From contig JBGQHJ010000005.1 of the NCBI GenBank assembly GCA_041497895.1, positions 1-64,000 of the forward strand: 64,000 nucleotides of DNA, read 5' to 3'. Below the pieces are notes generated by a model that was given only the letters and a program-made list of their open reading frames with translations, was not told the DNA's origin and searched no databases. Position 1 is the stretch's first letter. Each line of letters starts with the position of its first letter. Shown piece after piece: positions 28,770 through 39,865 of the stretch. Made by a program: the position numbers and the translations under genes. Origin of the DNA: Candidatus Methylomirabilia bacterium (GTDB lineage Bacteria; Methylomirabilota; Methylomirabilia; Rokubacteriales; CSP1-6).

Positions 28770-29743
28770 GCCGCGGCGGCGGGCAGCTCGATGCCGAGGG
28801 CGGCCAGGCGTGGCCGCACCCGCTCGGTGAGGAGCCCGATGCGGGAGAGGTTGTTCACCATCGAGGTGTGCATGTCCCGCTTGAAGTACTTCCGGTAGAT
28901 CGCGTAGTCGTTGCGGGCCGCCACGTCGCGGCGATAGGTCTTGGCCTCCTCGATCTGGGCCGCGGTGAAGCCCACGTCGCGGTAGGCCTCGAGGGGAAAG
29001 AAGCCGGTCAGCACCTTCTCGAGCGCGACGCAGGTGAAGTCCTCCATCTCCCGGCGCTCCGCGTCGCTCGCCTCCTTGACGATGTCGGGGAGGGCCAGCA
29101 TGCCGAAGCCCATGTGGCGCGACTCGTCCTGCAGGATGCGGGCGCACACCTGGCGGAGGAGCGGATCGGCGGCGGCTTCCTGCATCATCTTGAAGATCGC
29201 CACTGCGAAGGTCTCGGCCACCAGCTGGAGCGCGATGGTCTTGATGTACCACCGCGAGTCGGTGAGGATCGTGTCGAACAGCACGCGCTCGTTGTCGGGC
29301 ATCGGGTAGTGCAGGCCCCCGAGGCGGGTCTGGATGTAGCGCTCCAGCACCTCGTTGTGCCGGGCCTCGTCCATGACCTGGGTGGCCTGGAAGAACTTCT
29401 GGTCGGTGCCGGTGACGATGTTGACCATCTGGCTGCAGGCCAGCATCGCCCCCTGCTCGCCGTAGACCAGGACCGAGAGCCGCCACGCCGCGATGCGGCG
29501 GTTCAGCTCGACCTGGTCCTTCTCGGAGAGGCTCGACCAGATCTTGCTGCCGTAGATGTCCACCAGCTCGTCGGAGAGCACCCGGCCGTCGGAAGGCTCG
29601 GGAGTTTCCCATGCGATGTCCCGGCTCGCGTTCCACTGATCCCGCTTGGCCTTCTCGTAGAGGCTGCGCATGTCCTCGGCCTGCACCGAGTAGTCGAACT
29701 CGAACACGGTATCGATCGTGCCGGGGATAACGCGCCGCTCCAT
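28766..29743 (-). CDS. Ferritin-like diiron protein (AurF-like)
   Basis: GEQGA, DEARH, VAE and DESRH carboxylate/His pairs; LYEKAKRDQW. Confidence 0.78.
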   Translation of the reverse strand: MERRVIPGTIDTVFEFDYSVQAEDMRSLYEKAKRDQWNASRDIAWETPEPSDGRVLSDELVDIYGSKIWSSLSEKDQVELNRRIAAWRLSVLVYGEQGAMLACSQMVNIVTGTDQKFFQATQVMDEARHNEVLERYIQTRLGGLHYPMPDNERVLFDTILTDSRWYIKTIALQLVAETFAVAIFKMMQEAAADPLLRQVCARILQDESRHMGFGMLALPDIVKEASDAERREMEDFTCVALEKVLTGFFPLEAYRDVGFTAAQIEEAKTYRRDVAARNDYAIYRKYFKRDMHTSMVNNLSRIGLLTERVRPRLAALGIELPAAAA

Positions 29744-29762
29744 GAGGGCCTCCTGGGTGCTG

Positions 29763-29799
29763 AAAACCGGAGAGTATGACTTTTGAACTCTCTGGTTTT
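29763..29799. promoter_or_regulatory. Inverted repeat, putative TetR operator
   Basis: aaaaccggagagt-N11-actctctggtttt (12/13 match) between the divergent diiron and TetR genes. Confidence 0.6.
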
Positions 29800-29840
29800 T
29801 ACCACGGGCGGGAAGGGACCGTCAAGTAGACTGGCCGGGG

Positions 29841-30503
29841 ATGAACGCCAGGCGCAAGACTGCGCGGGCCCAGATCCTGCGGGCCGCCGCGGACCTCTTC
29901 CGGGAGCGCGGCTACCAGGCCTCCACCGTGGATCACATCGCGGCGCGGCTCGGCATGTCCAAGGCCTCGCTCTACACCCACTTCCGGGCCAAGGAGGAGA
30001 TGCTCGCCGCCATCTCCCGCGAGACCATCGAGGCCTTCACCCGGGACCTGGCCCTGGTCCTGGGCGCCCGGCTGGGCCCCGAGGAGAAGCTGCGGCGGAT
30101 GGTCCGGCAGCACGTGCGCTTCGTCATCGCCAACCGCTCGTTCCTGACCGTGTTCTTCGGCGAGGAGGCCAACCTGCCCGCCCGCTTCGCCCGCTCCCTC
30201 GCCGCGCAGAAGGATCGCTACGACAAGGGGGTCGAGCGGATCGTGGCCGAGGGGATCCGGAGCGGGGTGTTCCGCGACGTGCCGCCGCGGCTGGTGGTCT
30301 TCGCGGTGCTCGGCATGGTCAACTGGGTGCACAAGTGGTACAACCCCGCGGGTCGCTGGGGCGCCGAGGAGATCTCGACCGCGTTCCTCGCGTTGATCGA
30401 GGGCGGGCTGCTCCGGCGGCGGCGCCGGGGGCCGGCCCTGAGCGGCCGGCTGCGCCGGCTCGAGCGCGAGCTCCGTGAGGTCGCCCGGCAGCTCGACGCG
30501 TGA
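29841..30503 (+). CDS. TetR/AcrR family regulator
   Basis: IL.AA..LF.ERGY..STV..IA..LGMSKASLY.HF.AKE helix-turn-helix. Confidence 0.92.
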   Translation: MNARRKTARAQILRAAADLFRERGYQASTVDHIAARLGMSKASLYTHFRAKEEMLAAISRETIEAFTRDLALVLGARLGPEEKLRRMVRQHVRFVIANRSFLTVFFGEEANLPARFARSLAAQKDRYDKGVERIVAEGIRSGVFRDVPPRLVVFAVLGMVNWVHKWYNPAGRWGAEEISTAFLALIEGGLLRRRRRGPALSGRLRRLERELREVARQLDA

Positions 30504-31359
30504 CTGGCTGGGCGCCCACATGTCCATCGCGGGCGGGCTGGCCCGCGCGCTGGACCGAGGGCTCGAGGTGGGCTGCTCGGTCGTCCAGATCTTCCTCAAG
30601 AACCAGCGCCAGTGGACGGCGCGCCCGTACGCCGACAGCGAGGTGCGCGAGTTCCGTGCCGCCTGGCGGGCGAGCGGCATCCGGATCGTCTTCGCCCACG
30701 CGAACTACCTGATCAACCTCGCGACCCCGGTCGACGCCGAGTGGCGCCGGGCGGTGGACGTGTTCCACGACGAGCTCGAGCGGGCCGAGGCGCTCGGCCT
30801 GCCCTTCGTGGTGATCCACCCCGGCTCGCACCGGGAGGCGGGGCTCGCGGAGGGCATCCGCCGCGTGGCCCGGGCCATCGACCTGCTCCACGAGCGCACG
30901 CGCGGCCAGCGGGTCCGGATCGTGCTCGAGAACACCGCGGGTGGCGGCGCGAGCATCGGCCGGAGTCTCGAGGAGCTGGAGCGGGTGATCGGCGCGGTGC
31001 GGGAGCCGGACCGGGTGGGGGTCTGCCTCGATACCTGCCATCTCTTCGCGGCCGGCTACGACATCCGGTCGCGCGCCGGCTACCGGGCGACCATGGCGGA
31101 GTGCGTGCGCCGGCTCGGCGCCGGGCGCGTGCTCGCCTTCCACCTCAACGACGCCAAGCAGCCGCTGGGCTCCGGCCTCGACCGCCACGAGAAGATCGGG
31201 CGCGGCCACCTGGGCGTCGAGCCGTTCCGCTGGCTGCTGAACGACCGGCGCTTCGCCCGGGTCCCGATGGCGCTCGAGACCCCGAAGGACCCGGAGCCGC
31301 GCGCCGACCGGGACGCCCTCGCCCTCCTGCGCGGCCTCCGCCGGCGCTCCCGCGCCTAG
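30475..31359 (+). CDS. nfo: Endonuclease IV
   Basis: LGAHMSIAGG, QIF.KN, HANYLINL, HPG, LENTAG, DTCH, HLND, DRH and LETP. Start position uncertain. Confidence 0.92.
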   Translation: MRSPGSSTRDWLGAHMSIAGGLARALDRGLEVGCSVVQIFLKNQRQWTARPYADSEVREFRAAWRASGIRIVFAHANYLINLATPVDAEWRRAVDVFHDELERAEALGLPFVVIHPGSHREAGLAEGIRRVARAIDLLHERTRGQRVRIVLENTAGGGASIGRSLEELERVIGAVREPDRVGVCLDTCHLFAAGYDIRSRAGYRATMAECVRRLGAGRVLAFHLNDAKQPLGSGLDRHEKIGRGHLGVEPFRWLLNDRRFARVPMALETPKDPEPRADRDALALLRGLRRRSRA

Positions 31360-32003
31360 CGCGAGCGGCGCACGCCGCGGCGCGGGCATCTCGCGCGGAT
31401 CGGGCAGCGGGAGCAGTGCGGCGACACCGGCAGGCAGACGTTCTGCCCGAACGACACCAGCAGGTCGTTGTAGCCGATCCAGTAGCGGCGCGGCAGGCGG
31501 CGGCGGAGCGCGGCCTCGGTCTCCTCCGGGGTGCGCGTGGTGACGTAGCCCCAGCGGTTCGAGATCCGGTGCACGTGCACGTCCACGCAGATGCCGGGCT
31601 TGTTGAACCCCTGGGTCACCACCAGGTTGGCGGTCTTGCGCCCCACGCCCTTCAGGGTGAGCAGGGTGTCGATCTCGTCCGGCACCACGCCCCCGAAGCG
31701 CTCGATCAGGTCCCGGCTGACCTCGCGCAGCACCCGCGCCTTGGTGCGGTAGAAGCCCACCGGGTAGATCGCGCGCTCGATGGTCCGGGGGTGGAGCCGG
31801 CGCAGACGCTCGGGGGTGTCGGCGAGCGCGAACAGCCGCGCGGAAGCCGGCCCGGTGGTCTCGTCCTTGGTGCGGAGCGACAGCAGGCACGCGATCAGGA
31901 CGCGGAACGGGTCGTGCCACTGCTCGGCCACCTGGGCGAGCGCGGTCACCCGCCAGGACGGGGCCTCGCGGCGCAGGCGGCGGATCGTGTCTCCGATCCT
32001 CAC
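31356..32003 (-). CDS. nth: Endonuclease III
   Basis: LKGVGRKTAN HhH, VDVHVHR and C.P..P.C..CP....C Fe-S motif. Confidence 0.93.
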   Translation of the reverse strand: MRIGDTIRRLRREAPSWRVTALAQVAEQWHDPFRVLIACLLSLRTKDETTGPASARLFALADTPERLRRLHPRTIERAIYPVGFYRTKARVLREVSRDLIERFGGVVPDEIDTLLTLKGVGRKTANLVVTQGFNKPGICVDVHVHRISNRWGYVTTRTPEETEAALRRRLPRRYWIGYNDLLVSFGQNVCLPVSPHCSRCPIRARCPRRGVRRSR

Positions 32004-32734
32004 GAGCGGCCCTCGAGCGACGCGAGCAGGGCGCGGGCCTGGGGCGCGTCCTTCAGGGTCCAGTCCGCCACGTTGGCCGGGGCCTTCTCCCCGAGCACGG
32101 TCTCGAGCTCGCGCCGGGCCTCCGCGATCCGCCCGCGCTTTATCAGGGTGTGGGCGAGGCCCAGGCGCAGGCCGGTGAAGCGCGGGTCCATCTCGAGGCC
32201 ACGCCGGAAGAGCGTCTCGGACTTCTCGAGGTCGCCGCCGAAGAGCCCGGGGATTTCGTAGTAGACGGTGCCGGCCAGCACGTAGGCGGGCGGGAAGCGC
32301 GGGTCGAGCTCGAGCGCGGTCTCCATGCCCCGCTTGACCTCCGGGAGCAGGAACAGCGAGCGGAGCACTCCCTTGGTCTGGCCCCAGCGTCCCGCGTTGG
32401 TGGCGTACCAGAAGTGGGCGCGCGCGTTGCGGGGCGCCGCCTCCGCGGCGCGGCGGGCGGCCTGCCGGCCCTGCTCGTACGCGGCGAGCTTGTCCTCCGT
32501 GGTCGTCGCGCGGATGTCGCCCGCGAGGAACGCGATCTGGGCGAGCGCCAGCAGGTTCTCAACCTGCGGGTCGCTCTCCGCCGCGCGGGTCATGGCGGCG
32601 CGCAGCGTGTCGATCCGCGCCGGATCCTCGTGGTAGTGGGAGGCGAGCGCGCGCACCTCGGCGGCCAGGGGAGACTGGGCCCACGCCGCGACGGACGTGC
32701 CGACGACCACGATCATCGCGGCGAGGAGGCGCAT
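32000..32734 (-). CDS. Secreted TPR-repeat protein
   Basis: Signal peptide (AWA-Q); helical TPR-like repeats (AHFWYA, ALELDP, YYEIPGLFGGD). Confidence 0.7.
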   Translation of the reverse strand: MRLLAAMIVVVGTSVAAWAQSPLAAEVRALASHYHEDPARIDTLRAAMTRAAESDPQVENLLALAQIAFLAGDIRATTTEDKLAAYEQGRQAARRAAEAAPRNARAHFWYATNAGRWGQTKGVLRSLFLLPEVKRGMETALELDPRFPPAYVLAGTVYYEIPGLFGGDLEKSETLFRRGLEMDPRFTGLRLGLAHTLIKRGRIAEARRELETVLGEKAPANVADWTLKDAPQARALLASLEGRS

Positions 32735-32829
32735 CGCGCCCGATGCTAGAGGCGCGGCGCCCGGGCTGTCAACCGCGGCGCGCGCCCGCGCCTTGCGGTG
32801 CCGGCGCCCCACCGGTATGGTAGGGCGCG

Positions 32830-33288
32830 ATGAGGCTCCTGGCCGCGGGCGCGATCGTGGGCTGGCTCTCCGTGATGGGCTTCTTCGCGGCGGTGGTCGC
32901 GCCGGCCGCCTTCACCACGCTCGACCGCGAAGCGGCGGGCCGCTTCGTGAGCGCGGTCTTCCCCCGCTACTACGCGGTCGGCGCCGCGCTCGGCGCGCTC
33001 GCCCTCGTCGCCCTGCTGGCCCGGATCCTCCTCGGGCGCGGGCATCCGACCTGGGTGGCGCTGGCGCTGGTCCTGGTGATGCTCGCGAGTACGCTCTACG
33101 CGTGGCTGGTCGTGCTGCCCGCGGCCCACGCGGCCCGCGAGGCGCTGCGCCTGGCCGCGCCCGCGCCGGGCACGGTCTCCCCCGAGGCCCTCGCCTTCTC
33201 GCGGCTGCACCGCCTGTCGAGCGTCCTCAACGGGGCGAGCATGCTCGCCGGGGTGCTGGGCCTGATCGCGGTGGGGTGGCGGCGATGA
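32830..33288 (+). CDS. DUF4149/TMEM205-family membrane protein
   Basis: VVAP.AF..L.R..AG.F...VFP.YY and F..LH.LS..LN. Confidence 0.78.
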   Translation: MRLLAAGAIVGWLSVMGFFAAVVAPAAFTTLDREAAGRFVSAVFPRYYAVGAALGALALVALLARILLGRGHPTWVALALVLVMLASTLYAWLVVLPAAHAAREALRLAAPAPGTVSPEALAFSRLHRLSSVLNGASMLAGVLGLIAVGWRR

Positions 33289-33662
33289 GCCGGGGATTCG
33301 AGCCGCTCGGGCTCGATCACCTGGTGCTGCGCGTGCGCGACCAGGCGGCGTCGCAGCGCTTCTACATCGACGTCCTGGGTTGCACGCTCGACCACGTGAA
33401 CGAGCGCATCGCGCTGGTGCAGCTGCGCTTCGGCGAGCAGCTCATCGACCTGTTGCCCGGCGAGCGGGCCGAGGGGGGCGGGCTGGACCACTTCTGCCTG
33501 TCGATCCGCTGCGGCGACCTGGCCGCGGTCCGGGACGGCCTGCGCGCCCGCGGCGTGACGGTCGACGGCGACGTGGTGGAGCGGCGCGGTGCCTTCGGGA
33601 GCGGGCCCTCGCTCTACGTGCAGGATCCGGACGGCTACCGGATCGAGCTCAAGCCCCGGTGA
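33285..33662 (+). CDS. VOC/glyoxalase family protein
   Basis: LDHLVLRV, FY..VLG, DHFCL and LYVQDPDG..IEL. Confidence 0.88.
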   Translation: MSRGFEPLGLDHLVLRVRDQAASQRFYIDVLGCTLDHVNERIALVQLRFGEQLIDLLPGERAEGGGLDHFCLSIRCGDLAAVRDGLRARGVTVDGDVVERRGAFGSGPSLYVQDPDGYRIELKPR

Positions 33663-34215
33663 TCGCGAGGGCCAGCAAGGCACTCACCAGGCGATCGGCC
33701 GGGACCGCGCCGCCCTCGGTCGCGGCCTGCAGCAGGCAGCCCTCGGCGGCTCCCACGATGATCGCGGCCACCGCGCCGGGGTCCAGGTCTCGCCGGAAGC
33801 CGCCGGACCTCACGCCCTCGGCCAGGATGTCCTCGAGGGAGAGCCGGATGTGCTCGCGCTGCCAGGCCAGGGTCAGCCGGAACTGCTTGTCGTGCCGGGC
33901 CCGGGCCCAGCCGGTCAGGAAGAGCCCCGAGAAGTCGGGGTCGCCCTCGCCATAGGCGGTCAGCAGCAGACGCATGGCGCGCTCGAGCCGCGCCCGCGGA
34001 GGGTCCGCGGCCCGCGCGATCCGGGCCAGCGCGGTGACGATGGGCAGGCCGCGCTGCTCGACCTGCGTCGCCGCGGGTCCGGCCGGCGCCGCGAGGCTCG
34101 GCGGTGGTGGAGTCGCGACCGGCGGCAGCATGGGGACCGCGGCGCGCCCGGCGCGGGCCCGCCGACGACGGACGCGGCGACGGCGGGGGACGGCGGGCTT
34201 CTTCCGCTTCTTCAC
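33649..34215 (-). CDS. TetR-type C-terminal domain protein with Arg/Lys-rich N-terminus and no HTH
   Basis: ggag SD before GTG 34215; ILAEGVRSGGFRRDLDP..VA..I is typical of TetR C-terminal domains. Confidence 0.6.
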   Translation of the reverse strand: MKKRKKPAVPRRRRVRRRRARAGRAAVPMLPPVATPPPPSLAAPAGPAATQVEQRGLPIVTALARIARAADPPRARLERAMRLLLTAYGEGDPDFSGLFLTGWARARHDKQFRLTLAWQREHIRLSLEDILAEGVRSGGFRRDLDPGAVAAIIVGAAEGCLLQAATEGGAVPADRLVSALLALAITGA

Positions 34216-34237
34216 ATCTCCGTCACACGCGGGGGCG

Positions 34238-34612
34238 TCAGTTCCCCGAGGACACGAACTGGAAGGACTCGATCTCCACGCGGAAGCGGCGCTCGGAGCC
34301 GGGGGAGGACAGGCGCACCTCGAACGGGCTCGAGCCCCGCGAGGGGACGACCCCGAAGACGAAGGCCCGTCCGCGGCTGACCACGCGGCCATTCTCGTCG
34401 AGCCCCTCCACGCTCACGATCACCCGCTCGCAGGCGGAGCTCGCGCCGTTGCGCACCTCGCCGTACACGAGCACGCGGCCGCTGCCGACCCGCTCGGTGG
34501 TGAAGCTCACCGCGAGGCGCGAGGGGGACTGCGGCGAGTAGGTCTGCGCGTCGACCGTCGCGCAGAGCGAGATCCACACCAGCGCGGCGACCAGGAGGCG
34601 ACGAGCGCTCAT
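34238..34612 (-). CDS. Secreted FxLYD-like Ig-fold protein
   Basis: Signal peptide (VDA-Q); GEVRN...V.VEGLD..G.V...VP..GS..F pattern; start overlaps the permease stop. Confidence 0.65.
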   Translation of the reverse strand: MSARRLLVAALVWISLCATVDAQTYSPQSPSRLAVSFTTERVGSGRVLVYGEVRNGASSACERVIVSVEGLDENGRVVSRGRAFVFGVVPSRGSSPFEVRLSSPGSERRFRVEIESFQFVSSGN

Positions 34613-35837
34613 TCGTACCGGAGGGCGTCGATGGGATTGAGCCCGGCCGCCTTGCGCGCCGGGTAGAAGCCGAAGAAGATGCCCACCGCGGCCGCGAAGC
34701 CGAAGGCGATGAGGACCGCGTCGATCTGGAGCACGGTGCGCCACTCCGCGAAGTAGGCGATCGCGTAGGAGCCGAGCAGGCCGGCGCCGATGCCGATGGC
34801 GCCGCCGATCAGCGACAGGGTCACCGCCTCCACCAGGAACTGGGCCAGGATGTCGCGGCCTCGCGCGCCCACCGCCATGCGCAGGCCGATCTCCCGCGTC
34901 CGCTCCGTCACCGAGACCAGCATGATGTTCATGATACCGATCCCCCCCACCAGCAGCGAGACCGACGCGATGGCCGCGAGCAGTACCGTGAGGACCCGGG
35001 AGGCCGCCTCCTGGGACTGGAGCACCTCGGCCAGGTTCCGGAGGTTGAAGTCGTCCTCCTGGGAGGGCTGCAGCCGGTGGCGCTGCCGCAAGAGCTCCCG
35101 CACCTCGTTCTCGGCCGCCTTCATGAGTGGGGCCTCGCGCACCTTGATGGTGATCGCGCCGACCGACCGTCCCTTGACCTGGTTGCCGCCCAGCACCTTG
35201 GACTTGGCGGTGGTGATGGGGATCAGGATCTGGTCGTCCTGGTCCTGGCCCCACGTGGTCTGGCCCTTGCGGTCCATCACCCCGATGATGGTGAAGGGAA
35301 CCTTCTTGATGCGGATCACCTGGCCGAGCGGATCCTCCTCCCCGAACAGGTTGCGGGCGACGGTCTGGCCGACCAGGGCGACCTTCGACGCGCCGTCCAC
35401 CTCCTCCTGGGTGAGCATCCGGCCCTCGATCACCTCCCAGTCGCGTGCCGGGAAGTACTCGGGGGTGACCCCGAGGATGCCGGTCCACCAGTTGAGGTTC
35501 GAGTAGACCACCTGCGCGTTGCCGCGCACGTACGGGGCCACCACCTCGACGAGCGGGATGTCGCGCTGGACGGCCCAGGCGTCGTCCTCCGAGAGGGTCG
35601 CCTGGGCCCCGGCGCCGAGCCGCACCCCGGAGACGTTCACGGTTCCGGGCCAGATCACGATGATGTTGGCCCCGAGGCTCTGGATCTGCTCGGCCACGCG
35701 GGCCTGGGCGCCCGCGCCCACCGCCACCATGGTGATGACCGCGCCCACCCCGATCACGATGCCGAGCATGGTGAGCGCGCTGCGCATCTTGTTGACGCGC
35801 AGGGCCCTCACCGCGATCCGCGCGCTGGCCCGGACGT

Positions 35838-35841
<4 letters not shown>
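34609..35841 (-). CDS. MacB-family ABC permease
   Basis: [33 protein letters not shown] and [14 protein letters not shown]. Confidence 0.93.
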
Positions 35842-36617
<776 letters not shown>

Positions 36618-36618
36618 G

Positions 36619-38010
36619 TCAGAGCCTGAGGCGCGGGGCCGCGCCCGGCGACGGCCGGTCGCCCGGCAGCGCGACGCCCACGATCACCTGCTGGCCCTCC
36701 TTGATCTCGCCGCGGACCACCTCGGTATAGGTGCCGTCACCGATGCCGAGCTGCAGCGACAGCGCGGCCGGCTTGCCGTCGGAGCCGAGGATCCACACCC
36801 GTCCGGCCGGGCCGCCGCCACCGCGCCCGCCGCCGCCCGGCCCACCGCCGGGCCGGGCCGGCCGCTCGCGCTCGGCGGCCTCGACGCCGGCCGGGCGGAA
36901 GCGAAGCGCCGCGTTGGGCACCTGCAGCACGCCCTCCTTCTGGTCGATGATGATGCGCACGTTCGCGGTCATGCCGGGCAGGAGCCGCTGCTCCGGATTC
37001 CTAGCGCTCACCACCACATCGTAGGTGACGACGTTCTGCACGACCAGCGGCGCCTTCCGGATCTGCACGACCTCGCCGGAGAAGGTGCGGCCCGGGAAGG
37101 AGTCCACCGTGAAGGTGGTGGCCTGGCCCACCTTGACCCGCCCCACGTCCGCCTCGTCCACGTTCGTGTCGACCTGCATGTTGCGCAGGTCCTGGGCGAT
37201 CGTGAACAGGGTCGGGGCCTGGAGGCTCGCCGCCACCGTCTGGCCGACGTCCACCGTGCGGCCGACCACGACGCCGTCCACCGGCGCGCGGATGAAGGTG
37301 TGGTCCAGGTCGACCTGCGCCTGCCGCTGGGCCGCCACGTTCTGGGCCACCTGCGCGACCGCGTTCTTGAGCATCGCCTCGGCCACGCGCAGCTGCGCCT
37401 CGGCCGCGGTCACCGCCGACCCCTGCGCGCGCTCCTGCGCCTTGGAGGCCTCGAGCTGGGCCACCGCGGAGTCGTAGGTGGCCTGGGCGGTGTCCTCGTC
37501 GGCCTGCGCGATGAGCCCGCGCTGCCGCAGGTCGCGATTGCGGCCGAGGGTGCGATTGGAGTCGACCACCGTGACCTGCGACTTGGCGGTCTGGGCACGG
37601 GCGGCGGCCAGCGCGGCGCGGGCGTTCTCGAGGTCGGCCCGGGTCTTCTCCACCGCCGCCTGCTGGTTCAGCACCGAGGCCCGGGCCGCGTCCACCTGGG
37701 CCTTCGTCTGGTTGACCTTGGCCTCGAAGGTGTCGGGATCGATGCGGGCGATGACCTGGTCCTTCTTGACCAGGGAGTTGAAGTCCGCGAGGAGCTCCTT
37801 GACCTGGCCCGATACCTGGGAGCCGACCTGCACCGTGATCACCGCGTTGAGCGTCCCGGTGGCCGACACCGCGGCGGTGAGCGGCCCTCGCGAGACCGCG
37901 ACGGTCCGGAAGGCGGGCCGGGCCCCGATGCCCTGGGTGTAGAGGTAGCCACCGGTGATCGCGCCCGCGATCACCACGATCAGCCCGATCCAGAGGAGAC
38001 GGCGCTTCAT
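36619..38010 (-). CDS. MacA-like periplasmic adaptor subunit
   Basis: [31 protein letters not shown] and LLPGMTA. Confidence 0.92.
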   Translation of the reverse strand: MKRRLLWIGLIVVIAGAITGGYLYTQGIGARPAFRTVAVSRGPLTAAVSATGTLNAVITVQVGSQVSGQVKELLADFNSLVKKDQVIARIDPDTFEAKVNQTKAQVDAARASVLNQQAAVEKTRADLENARAALAAARAQTAKSQVTVVDSNRTLGRNRDLRQRGLIAQADEDTAQATYDSAVAQLEASKAQERAQGSAVTAAEAQLRVAEAMLKNAVAQVAQNVAAQRQAQVDLDHTFIRAPVDGVVVGRTVDVGQTVAASLQAPTLFTIAQDLRNMQVDTNVDEADVGRVKVGQATTFTVDSFPGRTFSGEVVQIRKAPLVVQNVVTYDVVVSARNPEQRLLPGMTANVRIIIDQKEGVLQVPNAALRFRPAGVEAAERERPARPGGGPGGGGRGGGGPAGRVWILGSDGKPAALSLQLGIGDGTYTEVVRGEIKEGQQVIVGVALPGDRPSPGAAPRLRL

Positions 38011-38043
38011 GATGATGTGACGCGGGGTCGGCGCGCGGTATTC

Positions 38044-39492
38044 CTAGCGCCGGCCGAGCGCGCGCTCCAGCCGCGCGATGGCGATCCGGTAGTCGGAGAG
38101 CGCCTGCGCCTGGTCGGACTGGGACTGGGTGAGGGCCAGCTGCGCGTCGGTGAGCTCGATGATGTTGGCCACCCCCGCGTCGAAGCGCCCCCGGGCGAGC
38201 TGGTAGTTCTCCTCCGCGGACTCCACCGCCTTCTGGGCGGCCCCGATGCGCTCCTCGGCCTCCCCGAGATTGAGGTAGGACTGCTCCACGTTCTGCCAGA
38301 CCTGCAGCTCGGTGTCGCGCACCCGCGCGCGGGCCGCCTCCACGTTCGCCTTCGCTTCCTTGTAGCGGGCGATCTTGCCGCCGCCGTCGAAGATCGACCA
38401 GCTCAGCGTCAGGCCCACGTTCCACTGGTTGCCCGAGTCGATGAAGCCGTTGGTCGACGAGGAGCCGGACGCGGGGAATCCGGTGACGCCCGCCACCCCG
38501 TAGGTGCCGCTGCCGAAGAGGTTGGGGAAGAAGTCGCGGAACGTCTGGCGGACGGTGGCGTCCGCGGCGTCGGCCTGCGCCTTGACCTGGCGGTACTCCG
38601 GGCGATTCCGGAGCGCTTCGCCGATCAGGTCGTCGCGGTTGATCGGGAACTGGGTGTAGGAGAGCAGGTCCTTGACCTCGGTCGGCGCGTTGACCGCGAT
38701 GCCCATCGCCGCGTTCAGGGCCACCCGCGCGAGGTTCACCGCGTTCTGGGCCCGGATGACGTTGACCCGCGCGTTGGCCACGTCGACCTCGGCGCGCGTG
38801 ACGAAGCTCTTGGGCTGGGTGCCGACCTGGAAGAAGCCCTGGGCGCTCCGGAGGTTGACCTCGGCCCGATCGAGCGCGGCCAGGTTCACCTGCACGAGGC
38901 GCTTGGAGAGGAGCAGCGTGAAGTACTGCGTCTTCACGAGCTGGGAGATGTCGAGCTTCTGCGACTCGAGCACTTCCTTGAGCGCGGCCGCGTTGGACTT
39001 TGCCGCGTCCTTGGCCGCCCACGTCCGTCCGAAGTCGAACAGGAGCTGCGAGGCGGTGATGCTCGCCGACCCGAAGTCTCCCGTCGACGAGTCGCCGCTG
39101 ATCGTGCTGAGCCCGCGCAGTCGCCCGTAGCTGCCCGACCCGGTGAGCTGCGGGAGGAGCGGGGCCAGGGCCTGGTTGACCCGCTGCTGGGCCGCGACGT
39201 AGTCGCCGATGCGGGCCACGATCAGCGGGGCGTTCTCGAGGCCGATGTTGACCGCCTCCTCGAGGCCGAGCTCGCGCCCCACCAGCTCCTGGGGCGTGGC
39301 GAACGGGCGGATGCCGGGCGGCGGGGGCAGGGGCTCGCGCGGCGGCATCGACGGTGGCGTGGGCATCACCGCGGGCGGAGGGGCGGCCGGCGGAAGGGGT
39401 GTCGTCGGCGGCGTCTGGGCCGGGACCGCGGACGGCAGCAGCCCCAGGGTCAGGACCAGCGCCAGGGACAGAGTGAATCGCTCCCGCATCAT
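38044..39492 (-). CDS. TolC family outer membrane efflux protein
   Basis: Signal peptide, Pro-rich linker, QLLFDFG, IFDGG and RFDAGV..IIEL.DA. Confidence 0.9.
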   Translation of the reverse strand: MMRERFTLSLALVLTLGLLPSAVPAQTPPTTPLPPAAPPPAVMPTPPSMPPREPLPPPPGIRPFATPQELVGRELGLEEAVNIGLENAPLIVARIGDYVAAQQRVNQALAPLLPQLTGSGSYGRLRGLSTISGDSSTGDFGSASITASQLLFDFGRTWAAKDAAKSNAAALKEVLESQKLDISQLVKTQYFTLLLSKRLVQVNLAALDRAEVNLRSAQGFFQVGTQPKSFVTRAEVDVANARVNVIRAQNAVNLARVALNAAMGIAVNAPTEVKDLLSYTQFPINRDDLIGEALRNRPEYRQVKAQADAADATVRQTFRDFFPNLFGSGTYGVAGVTGFPASGSSSTNGFIDSGNQWNVGLTLSWSIFDGGGKIARYKEAKANVEAARARVRDTELQVWQNVEQSYLNLGEAEERIGAAQKAVESAEENYQLARGRFDAGVANIIELTDAQLALTQSQSDQAQALSDYRIAIARLERALGRR

Positions 39493-39755
39493 GCCGGATC
39501 TCCCTGCAGCACGAGCCCGCCCGCCGCGGCCTGGACCCGGCGCGGGAGGCGCTCCTCGAGCATCACGTGAAGCGTGGGGACAAGCGAAGCCCATCTAGAG
39601 ACGTCGGATCGAGCCGAGTATTCGCGAGGGATGGGATCGACCGCCATCTGGACCGAAGCCGGGGGCAGCGGCGAGTTCGGGAAGCCCTCCTCCGGGTCCT
39701 GGCCGGCTGGGGAGGCGCATGGCGAGAATCCGCGTGGAGAAGTCAATTCCGCCCA

Positions 39756-39783
39756 ATTGTAAGGACCTTTGGACTGTAGTCAA
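39756..39783 (-). promoter_or_regulatory. Sigma70-like promoter for the tolC operon
   Basis: Minus strand TTGACT-16bp-TACAAT. Confidence 0.5.
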
Positions 39784-39865
39784 GTTTGTGAGATAGTCCG
39801 GTGGGTACCCCATGCGCGGGAGGTGTTCCGTCACCGGATACCAGGGGAGGGGTAAGCGAGAAGCC

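Noticed and set aside
39500..39865. Cobalamin riboswitch or NrdR boxes upstream of nrdJ
   Set aside because: I could not identify a B12-box core or tandem NrdR-box consensus by eye. An Infernal/motif scan would be needed.
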